From positions 64,001 through 128,000 of the IMG/VR virus record IMGVR_UViG_3300014204_000111: 64,000 nt of DNA. One strand, 5' to 3'. Under the pieces are notes generated by a model, which worked only from the letters and a program-made list of their open reading frames with translations, was not told where the DNA came from and made no database searches. A program made the translations under genes and the position numbers. The DNA comes from a virus. Lineage: Duplodnaviria > Caudoviricetes. Shown here piece after piece: positions 42,651-55,468 of this stretch. The stretch's first letter is position 1; every line of letters starts with the position of its first letter.

Positions 42651-43382
42651 ATGAGTAGAACAATTGTAATTCCTGACGTACATCATAGATGGAATTTAGC
42701 ATTAAAACCTTTAGAAATTACGGCTAATAGATATATCTTTTTAGGAGATTATTTTGATAATTTTGGTGATACATTAGAAGATACGGCTAATACTGTACGT
42801 CAACTTATTGAATTATCTAAGCGAGATGATGTTACTTTATTATTCGGTAATCATGATATTGGTTATCGTTTTAAAGGCTTTGAATGCTCTGGTTGGACAA
42901 AAGAAAAGTGCGATTTAATTAATAAAATGATGCCTGCCGAAGTATGGGAGAAGATGCAATTAGTTACTTATGTTGATGGATTTATTCTTTCTCATGCTGG
43001 ATTGGCTGAAAGTATTTTTAGTCATCCTATTGATGGCATAACACCAGAATATGTTGCTAAGTTATGCGTTGAAGGATTGGAACATGCTCAATTAGGTATT
43101 TATACTCCTGCTTTAACACCTGGACAAGCTAGGGGTGGTCGTCAAAGACAAGGTGGCCTTGATTGGTTAGACTTTAATCAAGAATTTGCACCAATTAAAG
43201 GAATAAACCAGATTTTCGGTCATACCCCAGCACCTTCCGCAAGACAAAGTAGCACCGAAGATTCAATTAATTGGTGTATTGACACTCATTCAAAAGGGTT
43301 TGTCATTCTTGAGAATGGCAAGGTCTTTCCACAAGAGATTAAAATGGTTGATTTTTTAAAAGATAAATTATCCGAAGTTTAA
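42651..43382 (+). CDS. Calcineurin-like metallophosphoesterase
   Basis: PDVH, GDYFD, GNHD, SHAG and GHT motifs. Confidence 0.92.
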   Translation: MSRTIVIPDVHHRWNLALKPLEITANRYIFLGDYFDNFGDTLEDTANTVRQLIELSKRDDVTLLFGNHDIGYRFKGFECSGWTKEKCDLINKMMPAEVWEKMQLVTYVDGFILSHAGLAESIFSHPIDGITPEYVAKLCVEGLEHAQLGIYTPALTPGQARGGRQRQGGLDWLDFNQEFAPIKGINQIFGHTPAPSARQSSTEDSINWCIDTHSKGFVILENGKVFPQEIKMVDFLKDKLSEV

Positions 43383-44591
43383 CCTTAGAAGTGTTTATAA
43401 TTCTTAGAAATGGGGATAATACAATTGAAGTGAAAGGAGAATTGTAATGTCTAAGCGTAGTGCTAAAATAAAGAGGAAAGTAGGCAGGGCTTTAGAACAT
43501 ATTGCTTATAAGTTAACAGCTTCAGGAGTAGGCAAACACAAGTCTGTGCGCGATTATAACAGAAAGAATAAGGATTGGAAGAATGAGCAATCATAAAGAG
43601 CAAAAGAGGGAACGTAAGTTCTGGATTGTTAAAATTAAGGAAAGGGATGGGAATATTCCACCTGAATACAAGATAGTTGAAACAAACAAAAGACCAAAGA
43701 ACGCTGTATTTCAAAGTAAAGACCAATATTATGAGTCTAAGAATACAGCAGAAGTCCAGATGAATTATATTTTAAATGAAATATTCAGTTCGTGTGATGG
43801 TACAAGGTTTGACTAATAGGAGAAATCAATGTTTCAAATTAAAGTAAAGTTTACTTGTCCTTTGTGTGGAAAAGAATCAGAAGATGATGACCCTGCAATT
43901 TATGGACAAGAAGAATCACAAAGTTGTGACGGTTTTATTGCTGTAACTTGCTCTCATTGCAAAGAGGATATCGAATTTTCTGACAGATATGGAGAGGGTT
44001 GGACAGGCGAAAAGATGCCGAATTATAATGCCTTTTAGGAGTAAGAAATGAAAGAACGTACCCGTTGTATTAAGTGTAGTGTCAAAATTGAATACAAATG
44101 TCCTCATTGTCATAAAGATATTAGTGAATCTGATGCCATCTATTCCTGTCAAGATGGTTTTGACAATGCTTTTCTTGGTCTTATTTGTCCTGAATGTAAA
44201 AAAGAATTTGAGGTTGAGAATGTTATGGATGGAGAATGGGTATTTCGTTGGTATGAATAGATATTTAACTAAAAGAGTGTTTCTTAGCTCTTTATCCTGG
44301 GTATAATCATGTATCAAACCAAGGGAGAAACAAAGATGAAGAGCAGAAAGAAAGCGCAGGTCTTTAGAGTAGTAAAATGGATTATGCATGAGTATCCATC
44401 GGGGAATACTATGGAAGATTACGTTAAGTTTAATGAATTGTTGCAAAAGGCTTGTGATTGGGTCAATCGTACAGGTTTGTTTCTTAAGCCTCAATCTGAA
44501 GAACCAGAAGTTTGGGGTTAATTTAACCTAAAGAGTGTTTGAAAGCCTCTTTACCGGGTATAATATAGCATCTTTGAAGGGAGAGTTTAAA

Positions 44592-44900
44592 ATGGAAAAG
44601 AAACAGAAGTTGAGCACTTTAACCCTTATTGGCATCATCGCATCTTTTGAGGATGGTCGGCGTCTGATTCAGGTTAATCGTGAGGCAAAACTTCAGGCAA
44701 TAAAAGCAATTCGTGATATTACTGGCCTGGGTCTTGTGGAAGCAAAACTTATTTCTGACTATCTCTTTCTTTGTACTAATGCTGACACTTTCACCGTGGG
44801 TGCGCAAGAAATGATTCAATTCTGCGAGTCTTACATTCTCTCGTTGACTAGCAAAGAGAACGAAATCCAGTCGTTGTTCGACAAATTCAACAAGTTTTAA
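44592..44900 (+). CDS. Protein with a ribosomal L7/L12 C-terminal-domain motif
   Basis: KLQAIKAIRDITGLGLVEAK. Confidence 0.7.
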   Translation: MEKKQKLSTLTLIGIIASFEDGRRLIQVNREAKLQAIKAIRDITGLGLVEAKLISDYLFLCTNADTFTVGAQEMIQFCESYILSLTSKENEIQSLFDKFNKF

Positions 44901-44977
44901 TCTAAGTTTCATTGAAAACCTGTTTGAAACAGGGACGGTCAGGGAATAATACATTATCAAAGTCAAGGAGTTTTAAG

Positions 44978-45304
44978 ATGGCAAAGTCAATTATGGTAAC
45001 TAAGGTTCTCGTTCGTGATTCTCGCACTGGCCGTTTCGTGGACAATGCTCCAGTAAAGCATCTAGCTATTACTGGAAACATTTCTTCTCGTCAGATGATG
45101 GGCTGGGCAAGTCATCCTAAGCAAGAGCGTGCTCTTCGTTTTGAGAATGACAATCGCCTTGAGGTTTATGTTCCTGAAGGATATTTCCTCACTTATAAGC
45201 GCGAAGGTCATCTGACTCAGCCTACTTTTGTGCCTCGTTTGAGGGATGCTCTAAGGGTTATTCTTCGTAAGTTTAACTCTTACGTGTCTATTTTTACGTC
45301 TTAG
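44978..45304 (+). CDS. Hypothetical early protein
   Basis: Own promoter, AGGAG RBS, downstream hairpin. Confidence 0.7.
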   Translation: MAKSIMVTKVLVRDSRTGRFVDNAPVKHLAITGNISSRQMMGWASHPKQERALRFENDNRLEVYVPEGYFLTYKREGHLTQPTFVPRLRDALRVILRKFNSYVSIFTS

Positions 45305-45828
45305 TTTATTAAAGACAAGCCAAGGTGTCTAATGTCCTTGGCATATATTATTAAGAGGTTTAAAAATGTTTAATCGTAAACAAGTTGATGCTGAAAAGTC
45401 AGAAGAACGGCGTAAGCCTAAGCAGGGTAAGAATAGTCCTCGACTTCCAGCCTATAATCGTGATTCTCGTAACGAGAAATATTTCTTTGTTAAAACTCAA
45501 GACGAAGAAATTTTGGATGATGATAACGAATTTTGTGATTTTTAATTTAAAGGATAAAGAGAAATGAAGATTTATGATTGTTCTACTGGCAATCTTATTG
45601 CCACAGGTGAAGATTTTAAAATCATTCATAATCATCCTTTAGACAAGGAAAGCGAGTATCAACTTCGCATTACTTCCGAAGGGATTGCCTGTGATAAAGT
45701 AGTTAATGGTCAGATTGACCAGGAATCAATTTTTTGGTGGGATGACCTCTTTCCTGAAGGAACATAATTTAGATTTAACCTAAAAGATGTTTAGATTACT
45801 CTTCACAGGGTATAATAAGATAGCAAAA

Positions 45829-45984
45829 GAGTCTGGATTGCAAACAGTACGGTTCAGATGTTTAAACCTTTTTTGGCTGACACTGGTAAGGATTGGTGTA
45901 TAAACTGCCTTCGTGGTGGGCGAACACGTTAAACTGAATCTGATTCCCGGTGATGACCAGCACCTTAAACTGGTTGTCTTTTTT
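45829..45984 (+). ncRNA. Unidentified promoter-driven structured RNA
   Basis: Lies between promoters at 45808 and 46027; no ORF; stems TCTGGATTG/CGGTTCAGA, CACTGG/CCGGTG, GACCAG/CTGGTT plus U tract. Confidence 0.6.
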
Positions 45985-46891
45985 AACCAAAATTAAATCA
46001 AGAGAATGTTTAGATTACTCTTAACAGGGTATAATAAGATAACCTAACAGGGATGAAGTAATGATTGCCAAGCATCATCTTAAAAAATTACAACAGATTG
46101 AAGTCAAGGCTCTTAATGCTTTCCCTAATATCGTTAAAGTTAGAGAAGAGATGAAGAGTCTTAAGAATATCCCTGGACATGAAAAGACGATTAAAAGAGT
46201 CTGGGATAAGTTTGTTCTTACAATACAGGAGTTATAACATGGATAGCACAATGTTCTACGGTACATTAGCGAACACCGAATTAACTAGCATTGCTTTGGT
46301 GAAGCAAGCTTTTAAAGCTGGTATGCCATTAGTAGTGGTATCTAATCGTCCTACTCCTGGTGGAGAAATTATTCTTCGTATTGTAACTTATATTACTAAA
46401 AGTAATGGGTCTTATACAAACCCTCATACATTTACAGAAGAGACTCTAAAAGGCATACTTCGTGTTCATACTAACGAAGCAGGAATTATTGATAAAATTT
46501 ATTAGGAGTAAAAAATGAAAGTTACAGTTTTAACGGCTGCTGAATGGACGGGTTGCGGAGAGAATAAGCGCGTCATTGGTGTTTATGCTGATACTCCCGA
46601 AGGTCAGAAGCTTTTTAATGAGGCTTATAAAGAGGAAGATGATGGGGAAGTCAGTCTCGAAGTAGAAGATTACGAAGTCCAAGGTTTTATCGAAAGTTAA
46701 CCTAAAGAGTGTTTAGAAGCTCTTCATCCTGGGAATAATACTGTATCTTAAAGGGAGCAGCAATGTCTAAAGATATAGAGATATTCGGAATTACTAGTGC
46801 TGTATTAGGTCTTATCTTTATGTCGTGGGTTATGATGGTTATCGCCCTCATTGCCTTAATTGCTACCCAAGTTATTTCTTTGGAGAAGGGC

Positions 46892-47444
46892 AATGCTTAA
46901 GGATTACATCTTTCAAAGTGCAATGCAAGTTATGGAAGAGTGTAAGGCCGATTGGTTTTCTGTTTCAAAGAATGCACGCATCGGATATTGTGATGGTGTA
47001 AAATTCTCCACAGGAGAAATAGTATGTACTAATAAAATTCATGCTCCTAAGCCTGTTACAGCTATATCGTTTGCTACTTTTACTCATGAAGCCTTTCATG
47101 CTCAAGATATAAAGAGGCGAGAAATGGAATTGCCTACTTATATTCTTGAATATGATGCATGTAAATATAGTGAAGTACAAGCGGATAGGTTTGGGATTGA
47201 TTTACCTGCTTCTGTGAAACTAGATAATCGTGCTTATGTCGCTAAAGAGATAGCGAAGTATATTACTTCTATTTTGGGTGGTTCGATGCAACTGAGCGAA
47301 TTTATGAAGGTCTGGGATAGTATTCCTAGTGAGATTCGTGGGTATGTTGCGGGATTGGTAAAATATAATCCTGTTACTCAAAGTGTTTCAGGTGGAATTA
47401 CTCCACAACAATGGATTACTGCTAAGAATAATAAAACGAAGTAG
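46892..47444 (+). CDS. HExxH-motif protein (putative metallopeptidase)
   Basis: FTHEAFH...LEYDA; start approximate. Confidence 0.55.
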
Positions 47445-48428
47445 GAGAAAGTATAATGTTGACAATGGTTGAAAAGCGTGAAAAGTTGGCGCAACATGCG
47501 GTTGATAGTTATGATGAAGAGACAATATTCCAAACAGCTATGGAAGGCTGTATTGGTCTTAACTATCAAAGTGATGAAGAGATTAACCAACAATATAAAG
47601 ATATTTTCGGTGACGAAGAGAATGACGACGAAGATGCCGAAGAGGATGATTTTACCGAAGATTAACCTCATAAGTGTTTAGAAGCTCTTCATCCTGGGAA
47701 TAATTAAGAGTAATTCAAGATAGGAGACTAAGATGGACGAAGAGTTAGCAAAGGAAGTGGCGCTGCTATTGGCAGACCTAGCAGACCTGAGAATCCAGGT
47801 AAATGGTCTTAAACAACATCCTGATAATCGCTTTTGTGTTGAAGGTGTTATCGAGAAGTTCGCCAAGGTAGAAGATTATGACCGTTGGCTTAATGTCATT
47901 GCCAGGGATGAAGTGCTATTTTGGGCCTATCTTGACGAGAGAGAGAAGAGGATTTAACCAGAGTTTCACTTCCCAGATGTTTAAAAGCTCTGAGATTGGG
48001 AATAATAGAGAGTAAGGGAAAGAAACATCGAGTGAAAAGAATTTCCTTCCCCACGAAAGCGCCGAACGCCGTAAATATAGTTTCATGCGGCGACGAACAT
48101 AGTAAGAGTCTATCAGGCGTTCTTAATCTTTAATAAGGATATAACAATGAAGGTTCAAGTCCAATGGATTATGAGTGGCGAAATTGAGGTTGAGTCAGCT
48201 GATGCAGCTCGTAAAATGAGCCTGTACGAATTGGAGCAGGCTGGAGTTATTTACTTGGAAGATTCATTGGTTGTAGATAATGAGTCGGTTGAAGATGACG
48301 ACTTACCAGTATAAGTGAAATTAAGGTTAAATGAAGAGTAAAGGTGATTAGATTCTCTTCATCCGGGGTATAATCTAATCGGCAGTGGGAAAGACTACAT
48401 AATATTATATTCTTCGAGGTGGTTAATT

Positions 48429-48821
48429 ATGGCAAAGTTTCGTTTGGCTGATGGTACGGTGGTTGATGGTGTGGCGATTAATGAGCAGAATCAGGAGCGG
48501 ATTCAGCATCGTTTGAGCTTGGGTCTTGGTAAGCAAGGTAAGCTTCCTCGTATTCCGGCGGATGCTGAAGCAGCAGAGGTTTGGTTGGACGCTGTGACCG
48601 CTGGCGAAGCGCTCTTGAAGTTTGGCGAGAAGGTCTTGGGTAAGACTAATATGGCGAATGTTTCTACGATGGTGGCTTCGCTTGAAAAGGGCTACGAGGT
48701 CTTTAACAAGATGGTCGCTGCCGGTCTTACTATCGCTGACCTTGTGCCGCCTGCTAAGGAAGTTTCCGAGACTTCTATTGCGGATGCTGCCGAAGTCATT
48801 ACCGATGGTTCCGCTGAGTAA
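48429..48821 (+). CDS. Unknown protein, paralogue of 14820-15182
   Basis: Shared N-terminus; own promoter and terminator. Confidence 0.8.
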   Translation: MAKFRLADGTVVDGVAINEQNQERIQHRLSLGLGKQGKLPRIPADAEAAEVWLDAVTAGEALLKFGEKVLGKTNMANVSTMVASLEKGYEVFNKMVAAGLTIADLVPPAKEVSETSIADAAEVITDGSAE

Positions 48822-48842
48822 TCAGGAACATTAATTGGATTA

Positions 48843-48866
48843 AGGCCAGGGAAACCTGGCCTTTTT
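48843..48866 (+). terminator. Rho-independent terminator
   Basis: AGGCCAGG-GAAA-CCTGGCCT followed by TTTT. Confidence 0.88.
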
Positions 48867-50482
48867 AATATATATTTAATCTCTTTTATGTTTAAGAATC
48901 TAGGTAAAGGGGAATAATATATTATCAATAAAGAGTGAGGATGAAATGCATAAGTTTAAGGTTGAAGATTTAGTTGTGATTCAAGAGAATCCTTTCCATC
49001 GGGCTTTGATTGGTACTTATGGTATGGTTGAGCAAGTGTTTGGTGGGAATGATAATACTACACCTGTTTATTCTATTGTTACGGAGCGTGGAATTTACAC
49101 TTTTACAGAGCAAGAATTGAAGGGAGAATAATTCAATGATGAACAAGTATGAATTATTCGGTTATTTATCATTCTTAGGTTTTCATCCTAAGTATGAAAA
49201 ACCAGTAAAACGTCATAGTATGACCTTCCAGATTATTAGCTTTACCATTGGCGATAGAGATGTTTACTTTGAAGGTGATAATTATTGGTCATTGAATGAA
49301 CATAAGACTAATCCTGACCGTTCTCTTTACTTTGGTGGTGGAAGTAAACAAAAAGAAATTCAAAAGTCTATTAAACTTGTTGAATCTGGATTTACAGGTG
49401 TTGAACCACGGGTTATCTGGAAGGATGACGTTGTTATTATGCATAATCCATTCTATGATAATATAAAAAGTAAGGAATTTCATGGTCGTGGTTATTATGA
49501 GTTAGAATTACCTATTGGTCATAAACTAGCAGACAGGATTCCAGAGGGTCTACCATATAATTAGAATTTAACCTAAAACTTGTTTCACATATAGAGAGCG
49601 GGGTATAATAAGATATTCAAGAGTTAGGAGAATTAAATGGCTGTTCAAAGTATCTGGAAAGTATTAGGTGATGTGATGATTGCTAATATGGAAGCAGAAA
49701 AGCAAGCAGAAATTAAGGCAAGCGAAGCATTTACAACTGAAGAGCTTTTTGAGGAAGCTTCTAAGTTGTTACGTGAATGGACTAAATGTACGTTTGCTAA
49801 CATCTTCTTGCGTTATTCTCCTCATACTTATATTGAAACTATTAAGCGTAAAAAAGTTGAGGTTCCTGGTGCTGCTTGGCATGTCTCAGGAAGTTATAAA
49901 ACTTATATCTGTGGAATGTCTCACGAAATTGAAATGGAAGGAGCTAGGCTTGGTTATACGCCTAATCACGCTCTTTGGGTGTTCTTGGAAGGTCTTAAAA
50001 AGAGGATTTCATCAGAAGCTAAGAAAGAAAGTGTTTAATTTCTTCTCCGCAGGGTATAATACTGTATCAAAGCAAGGGAGTCAGAAATGACCAAGTTTTC
50101 AATTACCATTAATGAAGAGAACGATGAAGAGATTATTAAATTGGTTAAGACTTTTCTTTCGACTGTCTGTAATAGTCTGCCGTTGGTTGAGGTTGAGAAT
50201 CAAGCTAAGACTGCTTGGGACATTACCAAAGAGCAGGTTAAGCACTTTATCTATATTAATCATCAGCTATATACCACGAGAAACATTGCAAACGCATTTA
50301 ATATGTCGATAACAGATGCTAAAGCAATGCTAAATGCTTTGTGTGATGAAGGTAAAATCCAGAAGAATATCTTTGGAGATATGGACAAACTTACTACCTG
50401 GAGTTCACCAAGTTTTAATCATTAATCTGTTATCTTTGCTCTTCACCGGGTATAATATAGTATCTTTGAAAGAGAGGAACAA

Positions 50483-50807
50483 AATGTTTAACCAATTCGA
50501 CCTGAACAAGTGGCATAAGAATCAAGTTGATACTGGTAAGTATAGTTCTGAGCATGGCGCAGAAGATTTAGTTTGTGCCGATGGTTTCTCAATGAGTGTC
50601 CAGGCTTCCGAAGGGCATTATTGCACGCCTAAGCGTAATTTTGCTCCGTGTTATTCTCATTTTGAAGTTGGTTATCCTAGCAAGTATCAAAGTGAGCTAA
50701 CACGTTATAAGCAGGGTCGTGGTAAGGCTACTGAGTCTGTTTATGCTTATGTTCCTGTTGAAGTGTTGGAGTCTCTTGTTTATAAGCATGGTGGAGTGAA
50801 GAAATGA
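50483..50807 (+). CDS. Conserved-looking hypothetical phage protein
   Basis: CADGFSMSVQASEGHYCTP...EVGYPS...VYAYVP. Confidence 0.65.
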
Positions 50808-53755
50808 TGATTGCTAATATTGAAGTAAAGTCGTTAGTAAATATTCATCCAGATGATTTCACTGGATGTGAACATCAATGGATAGAGAATCCATATGATT
50901 ATGATTCTTGCCAAACTCAAGTTGTTTGTTCTTTGTGTCACTGTCCAGGTGAATTAGACGAAAAGACGGGAGAATTGGTTTATCCTACAACTTAAGAGGT
51001 AAAGAGATGTCTAAGTGTGTAATCTGTGATAAAGAGTTAAAGAAATCTATTGGAGCATATGTCAATGTTGAGTGTGATTTAATTCACTTTCAAGATGACA
51101 ATGCTTGGCCTTGCTGTCCTGATTGTATTGCAAGATATGAAGATAAAGAGCATTGGACAATTGAACAAGCGAGAGAGTGCGAACAAGAAAGGGAGAATAG
51201 TTAATGATAAATAGAGATAGGCTCAAACATCATAAGAGAATCAAGCGCAATAAGATGTTTTTAAGATATCATTCTTGTCCAGAAGGTAGATATTGTCCTT
51301 GGTGTCAAGAAACGAGACAGTATCAGATAAAGAGAGAAAGAGAAAGACTCAAAGACCAGGAGAAAGAGTTAATCGAAGTTTAATGATTAATTGGTTTGTT
51401 GCTCTTCATCCTGGGTATAATACAGTGTTCTGAAAGGGAGTGAGAAATGGTTAATCTTGATAAAAACGAAGTGAACAATCTTATTCTTGCGGTAGGCGTA
51501 GAAATCTTTGCGCAGCAAGCATTGCAAAGTATCAAGAACATTCGTGCTGCCGGTCTTGATACTCCTGATGGTATTGGTATTAAAACTAGCAAAACCTTTT
51601 ACGATTGGTTAATGTTTAATTATCTTCCTTTGGGAGTGAGGTCTTTTATTATCACTGAGGAATCAGTTAAGGGTTTTATCAATGCTTTAACCCATGACCT
51701 TGTAGATATTAATTTTGCTGAAAACCTAAAGGCCAAGCAAAGTTTTTGGGCAAAATATGAAGTAGATGATTAGACTTCTTGTTTATCGGGTATAATAAGG
51801 CATCTCAGAAAGGGAGAACGAAATGTTAAAGGGCGAAGTACATTTTGATAAAGATGGCAATGTTATTGGTTGGGGTGTGTGGACTAATGGTGGAATTGAA
51901 GGTGGCGATTGTGTTTATGAAGAGAATGCTGTTGGTATGTTCTATTCTCAAGCATTAGCAAGAGCACAGGCTAAGGCACTCGAAATGGAAGGCCAGCCAC
52001 TTCCTATCTATTCTAATGATTCGCAGCGTGTGGATGCCCTTGTAGAGCTTCTTAAGACCTATCTTAGCGATGATGGGATGGCGGAAGGTGAGGGCGGTGG
52101 ATGTTATACGACGAAGGGACAGCTTGAAGTTGAAGAGAAGATGAACGCAATCCTAAAAGGGAGATAAAATGTTTAACAAGCCAAACAATTTTGTACATCC
52201 TAATGGTTTTGGGAAGGTTAACAAACCACCCAAAAGGAAAGGCCAAAAGACCTTTGGCTATCGTTTCTGGTCTTTTGTGTATTTTTGCTCTTCTGAAGTT
52301 TCTCGTCGTGCTTCTCGTAGAATGATAAAAATGATAAGAGGAGAATAGAATGGCTTGGCTTATCTTCCTAATTCCTATCTTGTGTGTTGTAGCATCCTTT
52401 ATATGGCCTACCAAGTGTCCTAAGTGTGGCTATCATGGATTAAATTTAGCTTGGCAAGATAAGAAATTGTTTGGTAAATATCGTAGATATTATAACTGTC
52501 CTTGTGGACATAAATGGAGTGTGGGAAGATGACAGGTCAAGAGGCGGGAGTATTAGAGAAGAAATTAAAAGCGTTATATCCTAATGCAGTTATTAGTGCA
52601 TATATAACTGATAGAATCCATTGTTCCGAAAAGATTATTCATAATTGGTCTATTTCAATTGAGTTTCCTTTCTCGACTGTTCAAGATGTTGATAATTTCT
52701 TAACTCTTTATCCTGTAAAGGTGTAAAATGTTAGTATGGTTAATTGACGCGGTACAAGAAAATGCTTGTGGCGATACAAAATCATTTATGGTACATGCTT
52801 CATCTACAAGAGAGAAAGCGGAAGCTTGGGTTAAAATGCAGCAAGATAAACATAAAGATTATATGCCAAAGTATGAATATATCATTAGTGGCTATACTCT
52901 TGATGTAGAGGATTTAATCCAAGTTTAACTAGAGACTTGTTTCTTTGCTCTTCACTATGGGTATAATTAAGAGTAAGTCAAGGGAGTAAGAAATGGAAAC
53001 GATTTTGTTAGTTAGTTATAAGCCAGATAAGACCAGGCGTATTAGTGCTACATTCTTTTATTGTAAGCAAAAGGATTGGGACGACGAACCTTTGCACCAA
53101 GTTACTGATAAGGATTATAAAGCAGTAATCCTTTGGGCGAAAGTTATTGAGGAACAGAAAGGAAAGGACGTTCATATAGATATTCTTCAACATCTGCTTG
53201 ATAGTATTAAGAATGACCAAAAGCATAGTTATGAGTCTGAAGATTGGTTTATCCAGTTTGTGCCTTGTATCTGTTCTTAAAGGATAAAGAGATGAAAGTA
53301 AGCGTATTGATTAAACACCTTCGTAAGTATACAGTAAAATATAAATTAGCCAAGCAATCTTATCTTTACGCAATGAAGAGAGATTGGAGTTTTAAAACTA
53401 AGTGGCGTTATTTTAAATGGGCTATTGAACCATTATTTCGATAGGAGCACGAAATGAAAGCTAGTACATTAATTACACAACTTTGTGAGTGTCTTATCAG
53501 TAATACTATAATTGGACAAGATAAAGAGACAATCATTCGTGCTAGAGCTGCTCTAATAAATGCAATCAAAGCGGCTAATTCTGATTGTGATGTTTGCACA
53601 GAAGATATAAACTTTGATAGTGTAGAATTTAAAGCAGCTATTCTTTTGGTGTTTGATGATTGCCCTAAAAATAATTACATTGATATTTTACCTAAGACTG
53701 ATTAGTTGCTCTTTATCTGGGGTATAATAAGGCATCTGAGAGGGAGAACAACAAA

Positions 53756-54250
53756 ATGGCTAAGATTACTTTCGATTATAAGTGTAACCGTTGTGAGCAG
53801 GATGTTCGTAACACGAATGTTCAAGTAGGTATTAATCAAAGTTGTGATTATGATTCGTCTATTTCGATTGATACAACCTGTCCTGTGTGTGGTCAAACAA
53901 TGACTTGGGACTATGATGGTTTTAGTGATTGGACAGCCTCTTACGAGCCTTACAAAGCTCCTGACGTGGATTATAGCAAGCCTGCCAGTGATATTAAGTG
54001 CGAAATCTGCGGCAAAGGTCAAAGCAATCACGACGAATTTAATAGTATCATTCGTGGTAACACTACAATGTTTCGTCGTGTTTGTTCTGAATGCAGGAAG
54101 GATTATATCTTTCGTGAACATCCTATCTGTGATATCTGTGGAAAGACTAACAATCGTGATATTAGTATATGGCAACGTCTGGTAGATAACAAGTTTCAAA
54201 CTATCTATACTTGTGAGGATTGCTTTAATAAGGCGTTTAATAAAACATAA
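53756..54250 (+). CDS. Multi-CxxC zinc-finger protein
   Basis: Six CxxC pairs; own promoter. Confidence 0.7.
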   Translation: MAKITFDYKCNRCEQDVRNTNVQVGINQSCDYDSSISIDTTCPVCGQTMTWDYDGFSDWTASYEPYKAPDVDYSKPASDIKCEICGKGQSNHDEFNSIIRGNTTMFRRVCSECRKDYIFREHPICDICGKTNNRDISIWQRLVDNKFQTIYTCEDCFNKAFNKT

Positions 54251-55394
54251 TGTATGGTAAGAATATTACAAAATGTAGGTTTCTTAAACATATATATGTA
54301 AAAATAGCTCAAAGGATATGGCCTTATCATCTTAGACAGTGGAAGTTTTTTCGTTTTAGAGGAGTAAGAAATAAAAATATCAAAGCTATTATGGAAGATA
54401 TATAGAATGATAAAGAGAGGTTCTTATCGTTATGGTATGGTTATACTTAGAGAAGAATGGAATCGGTGTAAACACAATGGACATATATAATCTTTGCTCT
54501 TTATCTTGGAAACAATGATGATGCAACTACTTACATGTATTAAGAGAAAGATAAGGATAATAACATCGTATTTTAACTCTTATGTAAATTGTAAATTATC
54601 TACAAGGTTAAGATATTTAGTAACTCAAGCTAAATATAGAAAACATGTTGGTAAAAGAGCAATGACAATGAGGAAATAATGATGAATTTACTTAAGTGCG
54701 TAAGAATAACAATAAGGAAAAGAACGCCACACTTTAACTCTTATATAAGAAATAACTTATCTTTAAGATTAAAAGATATGATATTTAACAAAAGGTTAAT
54801 GGAATGGGCGTACAAGGAAATTATAAGTGCTAAAGCTGAATCAGTAAAATTTCCTCCAAGACAGTTATGAGATTCTTTAACAGCTTAAAAATGGCTAAAA
54901 GGATATATCGTTTTTGTTTACGTATGGTTGAAATATCATCAAATCTTAATAAAATATCTATGTTCAAAGAATTATGTAAACGCTGGCATAATTGGAATGG
55001 ATTCTAACTCTTTTGCTCTTTATGTTTGAATGAGAATAGGAGAATACACAAGAGATGAATATAATAGATATATATGAAATATGTAAAGAGAAGTTTATAG
55101 GATGGTTAGATAAACAATGTTATAATTCGTATATTTCGTTATTCCCTTTTACGATGTGGGGGAAGTTACACAAACAGATAATGGTGTATTATGATACTAA
55201 TATGAAGGTAACAGGTTTATCTAATACGGAAATAGAAGAATTAGCGAAGGAATATACTTACGGTTATATTAACTTATTTTGGATTCCTTTATCTATAATG
55301 ATTGGGTTGATAGGTATTATTGTAGGATGTTTAGGCATTATTATAGGGTGTTTTATATAAACACCGCAATATAGGGTATATAACTAATTCTACA

Positions 55395-55468
55395 TCGTTT
55401 TCAAACCAATTATTATAGATAGTTTATCGTTTTCATAGATAGTTTATCGTTTTCAAACCAATTATTAT
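55395..55468. repeat. Overlapping direct repeats in AT-rich non-coding DNA
   Basis: ATCGTTTTCAAACCAATTATTAT twice and ATAGATAGTTTATCGTTTTCA twice. Confidence 0.8.
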
